From IMG/VR virus record IMGVR_UViG_3300020042_006114, positions 1 through 29,875 of that record: a stretch of 29,875 bases of DNA, one strand, 5' to 3'. This DNA is from a virus. Lineage: Duplodnaviria; Caudoviricetes. The position numbers were made by a program, and so were the translations under genes. A model generated the notes under the pieces. It worked only from the letters and a program-made list of their open reading frames with translations, ran no database searches and was not told the DNA's origin. This document shows positions 7,674 to 16,766 of the stretch, piece by piece (position 1 is the stretch's first letter; each line of letters opens with the position of its first letter).

Positions 7674-10600
7674 TTATAAGAGACATCCACATGAATCAAA
7701 CTCTATTGTAACCAATACATTACTGCAAGTAGGTGCCCCAACACTGCAAATATAAACATTAGTTTCTGCATCTACAGATCGTTCTTGAAAAAATCCATTT
7801 GAATTATAAAATCCTACTAATACACTAGACAGAGTTGGATTCGATACTAAAAATGTATTATATGTAGATTCACATGTAATACTACAAGTACAGCATACAT
7901 CAAATGCACTTGTTCCAAAACATAAATTAACTTCTACACTACAAGGAGCACAAGGTTGTTGAGGTAATAATATTCCATTTACAAGCTCTCTTACTATACC
8001 ATCAGCAGAATAGAATCCGTTGTCAGCAATATCAACCAAATCATCATCATTAAACACACAAGTTGCACTTGCAAAAGATGCGTTAAGGAAATAATTACCC
8101 GGAACACAGTTACAACAAGAATCAATTCTTGTGGTTCCAAAACAAAGTTCAGCAGGTATAGCATCTCTTAAATCCCAAATCAAATAAAGGTATTCTCCGT
8201 TTGAACTCAGAGGTACTATAAAGTCTGCATAGTATAGTGGAGCCGCACCTGTATTAGGAGTAGCAATAGTAGAAGCCACCAATAATGCATTCATATCAAC
8301 ACTGTTATTTTCGTACAGCGTAGAGCTTCTTAAGTACCTAAACTTATCTTGAGCTATGTTGAATATATAATCATCGGGAGCTATTGCATTTGTTGATAGC
8401 CTCATATTACTTCCCTCAGGAGGAAAGCTACCTGCTCCCACAAATCCTGAAACTGCGTTATATCTTGATACAAGAGGACTTGCAGTTCCGCTTCCAAATA
8501 ATACTAAATTAGAAATAAGAGGACCTATAAAACTACCATTGGTATATCTGTATTGAGTATGAATAGTGCTTCCTGCTTCAGAGTTGTTTGTTAGTACAAC
8601 CTCAACTATAGTCATTGGCTCTGCTTGACAACAATCAGCAAGTATAGAAACAACCATATCTCCTGTGTACGTTAATGTTATTTCAACGGTTTCAATAGAT
8701 ATTAAATTCTTATCAAAGAATATACTTCCATTTTCATCTGTAGGGTTAGATTCAACAATAGTTCCGTTATAATTTGCGGCAACATTTAAAGTAGCTCCCT
8801 CTTCAATACTTATAAAATCCCAAGATATTTCACTTATACCTACTAACGGACCTAAATCAACACAATAAGTGAATGTTTTTGATACCTCAGTAGGAGCTAC
8901 AGATAGTGTAAATGTTTGAGATACACCACAAGCTAAACATTGAGGGTTTATAGGAAGTTTTTCATCATTCATAGACAGCACATACTCATTCATATAAGGG
9001 TCAAAACCTCCTAACTTTTGAGTATTAAAAGAAGCATTGAACGTATCTCTAAACCAAGTTCTCATGCTTTGCTCAGATATAACAACCAACTGTTCTGCTT
9101 GAGAGTCTCCGCCTTTTAATTGAATAACAGCTCCACGTTTTACATCTGTAAAAAATCTATCGTATCCCCATTGAACATAACTCTCAGGATTAAAACTAAT
9201 ACCATACTTCTCGGTACGTGCTATTTGAGTTCCCAAGACCTCAGGAGTGGCTGTAATTATACCTCCGGCACTTGCGTCCGATAATAAGTTTTTCTCTGCT
9301 AAAACGTAAGATATTTTATCTTCTTGCAAAGTAAGAATATCTGTATTCCTTCCATCTAATAATTGTATTGCTCCAAAAGAAGCTTCACAATGTTTAAAAT
9401 TTGAAAGTCCTGAGTTAAACTCATTCAACTTATTTATATTTGACTCTCCATTGTAAATACCGCTATAAGTAATATCTGAAAATCTATCAGCTTCCTTGTA
9501 ATCTTGAGCAGCAACTGTAGTTACTCTTTCTCCAAAATTAAATGGCCTTCCAATTATTGAATCACGAATTTTATAACTTTCTGCTCCATTTCCAAAAGAG
9601 TAACAGTTGTAAAAACCTGTATCTATTATAGCAGGAATATTACCTTCAATATCTTGGTCTTGAACGTTACCCATGTGATTACCATCGGCATCAATAGCAA
9701 ATGATAAATTATTTTCAAAGAAAACATCAGGCAAAGAATCTTGAGGTTCTGTTTCCCATATAAGAGTATTTAAAGCTCTAAAGACTTCAATCTCCATATT
9801 TATGAAATATCTTCTATAATTAGCACCTACTCCTGAGCAAGCCCATCCTGCGCTATAATTAAGCCAAAGTCTATTAGTAACAACGTCTCTATTAAATCTT
9901 AATTTTTGTGTATTAAATTCACAAGTAGTATTTCCAAATCCTGTTTCATACTCAAGAGTAGCTCCTCCGCATATTGAAATGCTAGGATTGTCTAATGTAG
10001 AAGCTATGTTATCTCCATTAAACCAATCGTACATATTGTCATAATCTCTTGATGAAGTAAAAGTTACCTCCCATAAAGTTCCATTACATTCACACTTTCT
10101 ATTACCTGAACGAAGTCCTTTTGCATAAATCTTTATTCTACTTCCGGCAGGGACTGTATAATCAATATACATTCCCTCATTCACAGGGTCAGGAAGATTC
10201 ATAGGATATTGTATTACTCCACAATTTGTTCTGCTGCTAATATTTGTTCTATTTTCCAACATTCCCGGAGCTATAACTGCATTTGGATCAACTACAACAC
10301 TAAAATTACTTGGATTCATTTTCATGTAAACACCTGCAAGTGCTCCTACGTCTTCTTTTGGAGTAATAAAATCAGAAGATTGAGATTTTTTTTCAAGAAC
10401 CGTAGCGTATGTACAACTTGTAGTAGGACCCGAAGTATCTGCTTTAACAATTAATCTATCTCCATTTTCAACTTTTTGCATATTATCTCCTTCAAGAAGA
10501 AAATAGACATCATTTGAATCGGGGTCTGTAAAAAAGATATTTGAATATATTGTTTCGTAATTTTCTGCATCAGGTTTAATTACAAACTTATATCGTGTAG

Positions 10601-12533
10601 CCCAAGAAGGTGCTCTTTGTGTAATTGGTATAATTGCTTGAATTGTATTTTTATTGGCAGAAAATCCACAAGGTACAAACACTGTATTATTAACACTCAC
10701 TAAGGCTGTAGTTGAACGATTAAATTCATCCATATACACAATACCAACTTCATAACCTCTATTACTATGTAAACTTGAAGGGTTTGATATTTCTTGAAAT
10801 ACTGCTCTTGCAAATGTAAAATTATAGTATTCGTAAACTCGTTGAGTAGGAGTTGTTAAAGAATTAACGTACTGCATAGCAATAAGTTGTAATCCAATTA
10901 CAGTACTTGCAGGAGTTGTTATTATTTTTATTGGTTGTAATATAGAATTTATACCACTACCATATTTTATAAGAGCATCTAAATTATTAGGCAATAAACA
11001 GTTTAGTTGATCGGTAAACGTAGTACCATCACAAGAAGTTTCAGCTCCCGGAGTTGAACTATATACAGGTTTTATATTAGCTGCTGTTCCTATAGCTTGT
11101 TGAAATTCAAGACTTGTAGCTAATGCATATACAGATGAGTAGTTTGTTGATAAAGTAAATATAAAATCTAAATCTATAAAATCAGTTGTTTCAACAGGAA
11201 AAGGTGTTCCTCCTGTAAAATCAGAATGAACTATTGTCATATTTATAGTTATAGAAGAACCTGCTAATAATTCTATTCCTGCTAAATCAAATCTAATAAT
11301 AGAATTACCAATAACTTTTCCTATCGAAGATGGATCTATATTATAAATACCATCTCCTGTAGAATCAACAAGAGAAGTCTGTCCAATTGATTTAGTAATT
11401 AAATTAGTAGAATATTCAATTTTAGTTGGCTGACCATTTTTATCTATTAAATTATATCCTTCAACATAATTACCATACATAAGCCTATTGCCCATAATAG
11501 TTTGGGCTTTAGCAAAACGTGGAACATTATCATAAAGTCTTAAAATTTCAGATTCATTTAGTATCGTAAATATTTTACTATTATTAAAAGAATATTGTAT
11601 ATTTTGATTATCTATACCACCTAAATCTACTTTATTAAGTTTCTCAATAATCTTTATAATATTTTTATTTGACTCTTTAAACAACAAATCAATACCAACA
11701 ACAAGAGGGCCTCCTGTGTTATATTCAATTATTACAGTATTACAAGAATTAACCATACCTTCGTTTAGCATACTATTTTTACTAAACTGAAAAGGCTGAG
11801 GTATAAATGCAGGCTCTGACCATTGAGAAGTAGCAGAATACTCTCCATCAACATATCTGTATCTATACGCAAAACATATAAATCTTGTTTCTAAAAAGTT
11901 CTCCTGACCACTTGTTACAATTGGAGTTATAGTTGGAGACTCTATTGGTGGTTTCTTTATTACAAGTAAAGACTCAGCACTAACTTGGTCAATATTACTA
12001 GTTGGATTAGGGTATCTATTTCCTATTGGATTTATATTTATAAACCTTGGCTCATTATAAGGATAATAATCGTCTGTCCAAAACAAAAGATTATCAATTA
12101 TGTTTATACCCGTAATTAAATATGATGGATTGAAATTTAATGTAGTATCTACGCCATCGCCATTATCTATACTAATAACGTGATACGTTAGTATATTAGT
12201 GAGAACATTATAAGATACAATCATGTCAAGTTTACCTGTAGCTCCAACAGTAAATGTAGGGTCATGAACAAACCAATATATTGTTTCTCTTGCGCTGTCT
12301 TCAATAGCACCAATACATCTTGCATTTATACTTAACTCAGTTCCATCAATATATCTTAACGCAGGAGCAGCCAAATCATTACCTACTGTATTTGTAATAA
12401 CTCCTACTTCGGCCATCTCTGTTGACCCCATTCTAATATTCATAGCATCAACATACTCTCCTTCAGGAAGAAGTCGTTGATCAACGATTTTATTCATTCT
12501 CCCTGCTATGAAATTTCTAGTGAAATTTGCCAT
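7674..12533 (-). CDS. Tail stabilisation / muzzle (nozzle) protein, N-terminal part with Cys-rich C-terminal extension
   Basis: 1619 aa. Starts RNFIAGRMNKIVDQRLLPEGEYVDAMNIR and contains LFWTDD..EPRFIN, FAYRYRYVDGEYS, GNRLMYGNYVEGY, SLHSNRGYEVGIVYMDEFNR, NGAESYKIRD and YGISFNPES, characteristic of crAss-like P22 gp10-type proteins. Confidence 0.8.
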   Translation of the reverse strand: MANFTRNFIAGRMNKIVDQRLLPEGEYVDAMNIRMGSTEMAEVGVITNTVGNDLAAPALRYIDGTELSINARCIGAIEDSARETIYWFVHDPTFTVGATGKLDMIVSYNVLTNILTYHVISIDNGDGVDTTLNFNPSYLITGINIIDNLLFWTDDYYPYNEPRFININPIGNRYPNPTSNIDQVSAESLLVIKKPPIESPTITPIVTSGQENFLETRFICFAYRYRYVDGEYSATSQWSEPAFIPQPFQFSKNSMLNEGMVNSCNTVIIEYNTGGPLVVGIDLLFKESNKNIIKIIEKLNKVDLGGIDNQNIQYSFNNSKIFTILNESEILRLYDNVPRFAKAQTIMGNRLMYGNYVEGYNLIDKNGQPTKIEYSTNLITKSIGQTSLVDSTGDGIYNIDPSSIGKVIGNSIIRFDLAGIELLAGSSITINMTIVHSDFTGGTPFPVETTDFIDLDFIFTLSTNYSSVYALATSLEFQQAIGTAANIKPVYSSTPGAETSCDGTTFTDQLNCLLPNNLDALIKYGSGINSILQPIKIITTPASTVIGLQLIAMQYVNSLTTPTQRVYEYYNFTFARAVFQEISNPSSLHSNRGYEVGIVYMDEFNRSTTALVSVNNTVFVPCGFSANKNTIQAIIPITQRAPSWATRYKFVIKPDAENYETIYSNIFFTDPDSNDVYFLLEGDNMQKVENGDRLIVKADTSGPTTSCTYATVLEKKSQSSDFITPKEDVGALAGVYMKMNPSNFSVVVDPNAVIAPGMLENRTNISSRTNCGVIQYPMNLPDPVNEGMYIDYTVPAGSRIKIYAKGLRSGNRKCECNGTLWEVTFTSSRDYDNMYDWFNGDNIASTLDNPSISICGGATLEYETGFGNTTCEFNTQKLRFNRDVVTNRLWLNYSAGWACSGVGANYRRYFINMEIEVFRALNTLIWETEPQDSLPDVFFENNLSFAIDADGNHMGNVQDQDIEGNIPAIIDTGFYNCYSFGNGAESYKIRDSIIGRPFNFGERVTTVAAQDYKEADRFSDITYSGIYNGESNINKLNEFNSGLSNFKHCEASFGAIQLLDGRNTDILTLQEDKISYVLAEKNLLSDASAGGIITATPEVLGTQIARTEKYGISFNPESYVQWGYDRFFTDVKRGAVIQLKGGDSQAEQLVVISEQSMRTWFRDTFNASFNTQKLGGFDPYMNEYVLSMNDEKLPINPQCLACGVSQTFTLSVAPTEVSKTFTYCVDLGPLVGISEISWDFISIEEGATLNVAANYNGTIVESNPTDENGSIFFDKNLISIETVEITLTYTGDMVVSILADCCQAEPMTIVEVVLTNNSEAGSTIHTQYRYTNGSFIGPLISNLVLFGSGTASPLVSRYNAVSGFVGAGSFPPEGSNMRLSTNAIAPDDYIFNIAQDKFRYLRSSTLYENNSVDMNALLVASTIATPNTGAAPLYYADFIVPLSSNGEYLYLIWDLRDAIPAELCFGTTRIDSCCNCVPGNYFLNASFASATCVFNDDDLVDIADNGFYSADGIVRELVNGILLPQQPCAPCSVEVNLCFGTSAFDVCCTCSITCESTYNTFLVSNPTLSSVLVGFYNSNGFFQERSVDAETNVYICSVGAPTCSNVLVTIEFDSCGCLL

Positions 12534-12534
12534 A

Positions 12535-13458
12535 TTACTTGATTATCTTATCCATTCCTCTTAAATTCATTAAGAGTCTTCCCGGATGAAGGTTACTGAT
12601 TCTAATTTTAGCATTTCTTAATAATGCAGTTCTTTCTTTTCTTGCTCTTGCTACAACATATTCTTGAACATTAAATTTAGAATTTAATATCTCATATTTT
12701 ATAGCAGCATAAATATATTGTTCAAATAACTTATTTACAGTTATTAAAGAATTATCTCCTGACTCCATACCATCTGAAACATACTCAAGAATACATAATT
12801 CTCCTGCCATGGTAGAGTCAAAATTAATAACCCCTGCTTTTTTATCTATTTTAAAAGTAGGATTAAAATTTGCAGTCTCTGTATTTAAACCAAATGCAGT
12901 ATTAATGCCATAATCAAAATACCACATCCCTTCAAAATACCAACCGGATTGACCGTGAAATTGATTGCCTTGGTTTAAATAGATACTTTTTTTCATTTTA
13001 GTAAGTCTATCAAAATCAATATCAGAATATTGTGGTCTAAGGATATTGCCATTTTGGTCAAATAAAATATTGCCCTGTTGGTCTTGTAAATATGCGTTAG
13101 ACGAAATAGCTTGTATATTTTCAGTTAATGGTCTTAACCAACCATCTTTGTATAATGATATACGAACCCAATTCACATAGTCAGATGGAAGCACATATCT
13201 TAGCGAATCTGCTACACTTAGCTCTAAGATTTTGATTTCCTTAAAGGCATCATAATTAAGCTCCTGTATGGCTCTTTTTGCGTGAAATATTATCTTATAC
13301 CTTTCTTCGTTATTTACTAACGAATGGTTTCCTGAATACATCAATAAAAAGTTATTGACTATATCATCTAAGCTAACGTATTGGTACGAACCCCAATTTG
13401 CATCTTGAGGTGTGTTACCATTATTATCGTAGTATTCATATTGCGATATATATGCCAT
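12535..13458 (-). CDS. Tail ring / head-tail adaptor protein (P22 gp4-like tail tubular protein)
   Basis: 307 aa. Helical N-terminus (AKRAIQEL), LPSDYVNWVRI, ILEYVSDG and helical C-terminus (EQYIYAAIKYEIL). Directly upstream of the muzzle gene. Confidence 0.7.
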   Translation of the reverse strand: MAYISQYEYYDNNGNTPQDANWGSYQYVSLDDIVNNFLLMYSGNHSLVNNEERYKIIFHAKRAIQELNYDAFKEIKILELSVADSLRYVLPSDYVNWVRISLYKDGWLRPLTENIQAISSNAYLQDQQGNILFDQNGNILRPQYSDIDFDRLTKMKKSIYLNQGNQFHGQSGWYFEGMWYFDYGINTAFGLNTETANFNPTFKIDKKAGVINFDSTMAGELCILEYVSDGMESGDNSLITVNKLFEQYIYAAIKYEILNSKFNVQEYVVARARKERTALLRNAKIRISNLHPGRLLMNLRGMDKIIK

Positions 13459-13469
13459 TTCTTTTTATT

Positions 13470-14405
13470 TTATTGTTGATTGTTTTGTTGTTCTTGAACC
13501 ATACCAAATTGAGCAACTTCATTTTCACGAATTGAAATACCACAATATTGAAGTATTTTCATCACTAACAGATAATTATCTGAAAAAGGAAGTTCAAAGT
13601 CTTGATAATCAATTTGAGTTTGGTCAAACATAGGTTCTCCACTTAATAATGTACGATAAGTCCATTTTGGTGTTTTAGGGTATCTAAAATAAACACACTC
13701 AACTTTACCCTTGGCATCTATAGTGTCGGGGAATAATTTAATTACATCTTCCTCGAGGGTATATGATGGATAAAATTCAGTTGGACTTGTTAGGCTCGAT
13801 GCATTAAGCATTGTAATTTTACCAACACTAACTTTATCAGCTTCTTTTACCGCTTTTGAGTAAATGTTATATGTCTGAGCTGTAACTAAAAATATATCTG
13901 AACTTAATGTCAAAGAAGTATTTGAAGATATAATTAGAATTGTAGATACAGCACCCGTGTTTTGATTAACAACAATATCTCCTGCGGTCAATCCATCAGA
14001 CAAAAATGTAGCTGCAGAATTTACAAGTAGATTTACAGTAACTGTAGTATTGGTTCCTGATGTCAATTTTTTTGTATGACAAAGCATTTTAAGAATATAA
14101 TAATCATCGTCTCCTGTTGTAGTAAGAGATGGTGCTGAGTATCTATTTAAAGCTAAATGTGCTAAATATCTTGTAACTAAAAAACCTTCGAGAGTTTCAG
14201 CTATAGGACCTTCAATTTCAGCATAATCACTTCCGGCAGTCCTTGCATTTTCAGCATTTATAGCCTTATTGTAGTTCTTGAAGTAATCTTCAAATATCTC
14301 CATTTGTGCGTTTTCAGCATATAAATTAAAATCTGATGGAGAAATATATCCATAATTGTTTTTGTTCAATACGGATAGTACTGTATTTCTAACCTCGTTT
14401 ATCAT
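13470..14405 (-). CDS. Tail ring / adaptor structural protein
   Basis: 311 aa. INEVRNTVLSVLNK..GYISPSDFN..AQMEIF, YFRYPKTPKW and DFELP...LVMKILQYCGISIRE are adaptor-like. Position between capsid and muzzle genes. Confidence 0.65.
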   Translation of the reverse strand: MINEVRNTVLSVLNKNNYGYISPSDFNLYAENAQMEIFEDYFKNYNKAINAENARTAGSDYAEIEGPIAETLEGFLVTRYLAHLALNRYSAPSLTTTGDDDYYILKMLCHTKKLTSGTNTTVTVNLLVNSAATFLSDGLTAGDIVVNQNTGAVSTILIISSNTSLTLSSDIFLVTAQTYNIYSKAVKEADKVSVGKITMLNASSLTSPTEFYPSYTLEEDVIKLFPDTIDAKGKVECVYFRYPKTPKWTYRTLLSGEPMFDQTQIDYQDFELPFSDNYLLVMKILQYCGISIRENEVAQFGMVQEQQNNQQ

Positions 14406-14421
14406 TTTTTAAATCTTTTTA

Positions 14422-14429
14422 CAAATATA
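14422..14429 (-). promoter_or_regulatory. Bacteroidota-type -7 promoter box TATATTTG
   Basis: TAnnTTTG match immediately after a terminator and 16 bp upstream of the 311 aa gene start. Confidence 0.6.
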
Positions 14430-14431
14430 AT

Positions 14432-14460
14432 AAAAAAAAGCACAGAAATAAATCCGTGCT
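14432..14460 (-). terminator. Rho-independent terminator
   Basis: Minus strand AGCACGGA-TTTATT-TCTGTGCT followed by a T run, downstream of the 246 aa gene. Confidence 0.75.
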
Positions 14461-14486
14461 AATTTTCAAATAATCAAAATATATTA

Positions 14487-15227
14487 TTATGCTATATTCG
14501 CTTCTAACATTTTAAGTGAATCAATTCCTTCATCACTTGATAAGAAGTATCCTGCCATTTCATAAGGATCTTCTCCGTATGGCACAGATAGCATTTTCTT
14601 TTTATTAGTAGGTGTGTTAAACCATACCTCTTTATCATTGTTGCGTAATGCTAATAACTTTTCTTCAAAGAACAAACGAACTTTAGCTTGAAACTGTAGT
14701 TCAGGGTCATTCAATGTAGCTAAGAAACCTCTTGGATCATTTTTAGCAAACACTAATATGTCTCGTTTTAATTCTGCTGTTGAGATAGTTGATGGATCTT
14801 TACCAAACATAACTCTAGTAAGAGTTTCAATTTGCTCAAGAGTCAATCTTCTTGCTTCTATTAAAGCATCTACTTCTACATTAAAATCTTCAACTTCCTC
14901 AGATGCTTCTTTCTCTTTATCTATCTCAGAAAAGATTACTCCATTTAATGGATGATAATGTAGAAATTCTTGTAAAACAGGATTTGTTCTTTGAACGCTA
15001 AGAAAACCATCTTCAAAAACAATTGGTTCTATAATTGCGCTTCCATCTTGTTCGTCCTCAAAAGGAGATTTTTGATTCACCGCATATCTAAGCGGTCTAT
15101 TCTGTTGTTTCTTTTCATCAAACCACATTAAAGGAAAACGTGGATGATTTCTTGATGCTAATGTATAAGATAGCGGATTGCCTATTTTTAATTTGTAGAC
15201 TTTGTCTACTAATGGTGTTGTTGCCAT
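14487..15227 (-). CDS. Conserved virion protein downstream of the major capsid gene (crAss gene-75-like position)
   Basis: 246 aa, well-formed ORF with an AAATCAAA leader, directly after the MCP. Function inferred from synteny only. Confidence 0.55.
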   Translation of the reverse strand: MATTPLVDKVYKLKIGNPLSYTLASRNHPRFPLMWFDEKKQQNRPLRYAVNQKSPFEDEQDGSAIIEPIVFEDGFLSVQRTNPVLQEFLHYHPLNGVIFSEIDKEKEASEEVEDFNVEVDALIEARRLTLEQIETLTRVMFGKDPSTISTAELKRDILVFAKNDPRGFLATLNDPELQFQAKVRLFFEEKLLALRNNDKEVWFNTPTNKKKMLSVPYGEDPYEMAGYFLSSDEGIDSLKMLEANIA

Positions 15228-15254
15228 AATGATTTAATTTGATTTAAAATTTAT

Positions 15255-15286
15255 AAAAAAAGGATGCGGTGATTATCACCGCACCC
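15255..15286 (-). terminator. Rho-independent terminator after the major capsid gene
   Basis: Minus strand GGGTGCGGTGA-TAA-TCACCGCATCC-TTTTTTT. Confidence 0.85.
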
Positions 15287-15298
15287 CTATACTATATA

Positions 15299-16747
15299 TT
15301 AACCGTAACGGAATAATACAAAGTTATTTGCACCTAAAGTACATACACATCTTTCAGACAAGAAGTTAACCTCCATTGCGTCTAAGTCAGATGTTTGAGC
15401 ACCTCCGGCAGAACCTGTGATCCAAGTTTTGTATCTTCTATCCTCAGCTTCTGAAGCACGGTATCTAACGTGTAAGAATGGTCTCTTAGCGTTTTTACCC
15501 ATGATTTGGTCATATACTGAAGTAGAACCTGCAGGAACTAAAAGACCTGTGATTGTACCTGTAGCAGTACCTGCTGTAGTACCACCACCAACTAAACCAC
15601 CTCTCATTGTAGGATCGTTTAAGTATTTCCAATCAGACTTGTAGAAATCGTAACCTCTACGGAATCCTGTGAATCCTAAGTTCAACGCCATTTCAGTATC
15701 ATTGTCGAATAAACCGTAAGATGCAGCTCCCGCAGCATTTACTCCGTTAAATCCGTTCAATGTAGCTAACATATTGTCGATGTCGAAAGACAATCCACGA
15801 TTAACAAACACTACGTTCTCTTCGATAGCGCCTTGCTTGTCCAAACGAGAAACAATTGTATCCCAATCAGCTAAAGAAGTTGGCGTACCACCTCCCCAAA
15901 CATTTCCTCTGTTGTTTACAACGTAGAAAACTCCTTCAGAACCTCCGGCAACACCACCTAAAGCAGTTAATGCTCCTGAACCTGTTTCGGCAGGAACAGC
16001 TTCAATCATAGCAGTTTCTAAGTAATCCTCGAATCTCAAACGAGTTTCGTGCTCTGATTTCAAATACCACAAATAACCTGTAGCACCATTCTCAGTAGTA
16101 ACCTCAACCCATCCGATTTGAGCCATGTCTGAACCATTAACAGCATATTTATCTTTAATGATAATAGGCTTGTTAGAGAAGATTGAATCTTCTGCTTCTA
16201 ATGAACCAACCATTCCGTTAGTTCCTTTTTTGAACTCAGAACCGTAAATAAATACAGTACAAGGATTACTACCTCCTGAAGATATAGGAAATAATTGACC
16301 CGCTGCTTCATAGTAAGCTACTTGAAAAGTAGTTGCAGTAGGAACGGCAGTAACAATTGCTTTGTTGTAAACACCTGTTGAGTTAAGCTGAATCATAACA
16401 GTTTGACCTGCTCTGATTGCAATGAAAGAAACACCTGCATCTGCTACAGTAATCGTAGCTGTTGATGAACCTGCAGCTGCATTTGATGTACAGCTAGTGT
16501 ACTTAACATGAAGACGACCTTGTTCTGCCCATTTGATTTGGTCAGAGTTAGAAGGCATCTCTGCACCTACCATTCTTAAGAATGATGCGATGGTTCTATT
16601 ACCATAACGCTCAAATTCTTTCTCGTAAGTATCAGGAAGATACTGATTTAAGAAATTGAAGTTAGTAATATAGTTTGTCGTTAACGCTACTTGCTCCGCT
16701 GCCGGTTGTAATGCAAAAGTAGGCGTATTTAATAATGCACTTGCCAT
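15299..16747 (-). CDS. Major capsid protein (HK97 fold, crAss-like)
   Basis: 482 aa after portal and scaffold, followed by a strong terminator. Motifs IKWAEQGRL, FIYGSEFKKG, NKPIIIKDKYAVNGS and FLSERCVCTLGANNF. High-expression codon style (ttc, aac, gct). Confidence 0.85.
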   Translation of the reverse strand: MASALLNTPTFALQPAAEQVALTTNYITNFNFLNQYLPDTYEKEFERYGNRTIASFLRMVGAEMPSNSDQIKWAEQGRLHVKYTSCTSNAAAGSSTATITVADAGVSFIAIRAGQTVMIQLNSTGVYNKAIVTAVPTATTFQVAYYEAAGQLFPISSGGSNPCTVFIYGSEFKKGTNGMVGSLEAEDSIFSNKPIIIKDKYAVNGSDMAQIGWVEVTTENGATGYLWYLKSEHETRLRFEDYLETAMIEAVPAETGSGALTALGGVAGGSEGVFYVVNNRGNVWGGGTPTSLADWDTIVSRLDKQGAIEENVVFVNRGLSFDIDNMLATLNGFNGVNAAGAASYGLFDNDTEMALNLGFTGFRRGYDFYKSDWKYLNDPTMRGGLVGGGTTAGTATGTITGLLVPAGSTSVYDQIMGKNAKRPFLHVRYRASEAEDRRYKTWITGSAGGAQTSDLDAMEVNFLSERCVCTLGANNFVLFRYG

Positions 16748-16766
16748 TTTTACTTTTTTTTAAAAT

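Noticed and set aside
6241-8945. Muzzle insert as an intein or self-splicing intron (it begins CLAC...)
   Set aside because: No His-Asn/Cys-Ser-Thr junction, no homing endonuclease motifs and no non-coding structured RNA. The insert encodes ordinary structural-like domains with normal starts and stops.
16748-16766. ATTTTAAAAAAAAG between scaffold and MCP, similar to the 1890-1903 site
   Set aside because: It lies after the scaffold stop codon, so it is best explained as an A-rich Bacteroidota translation leader rather than a frameshift site.
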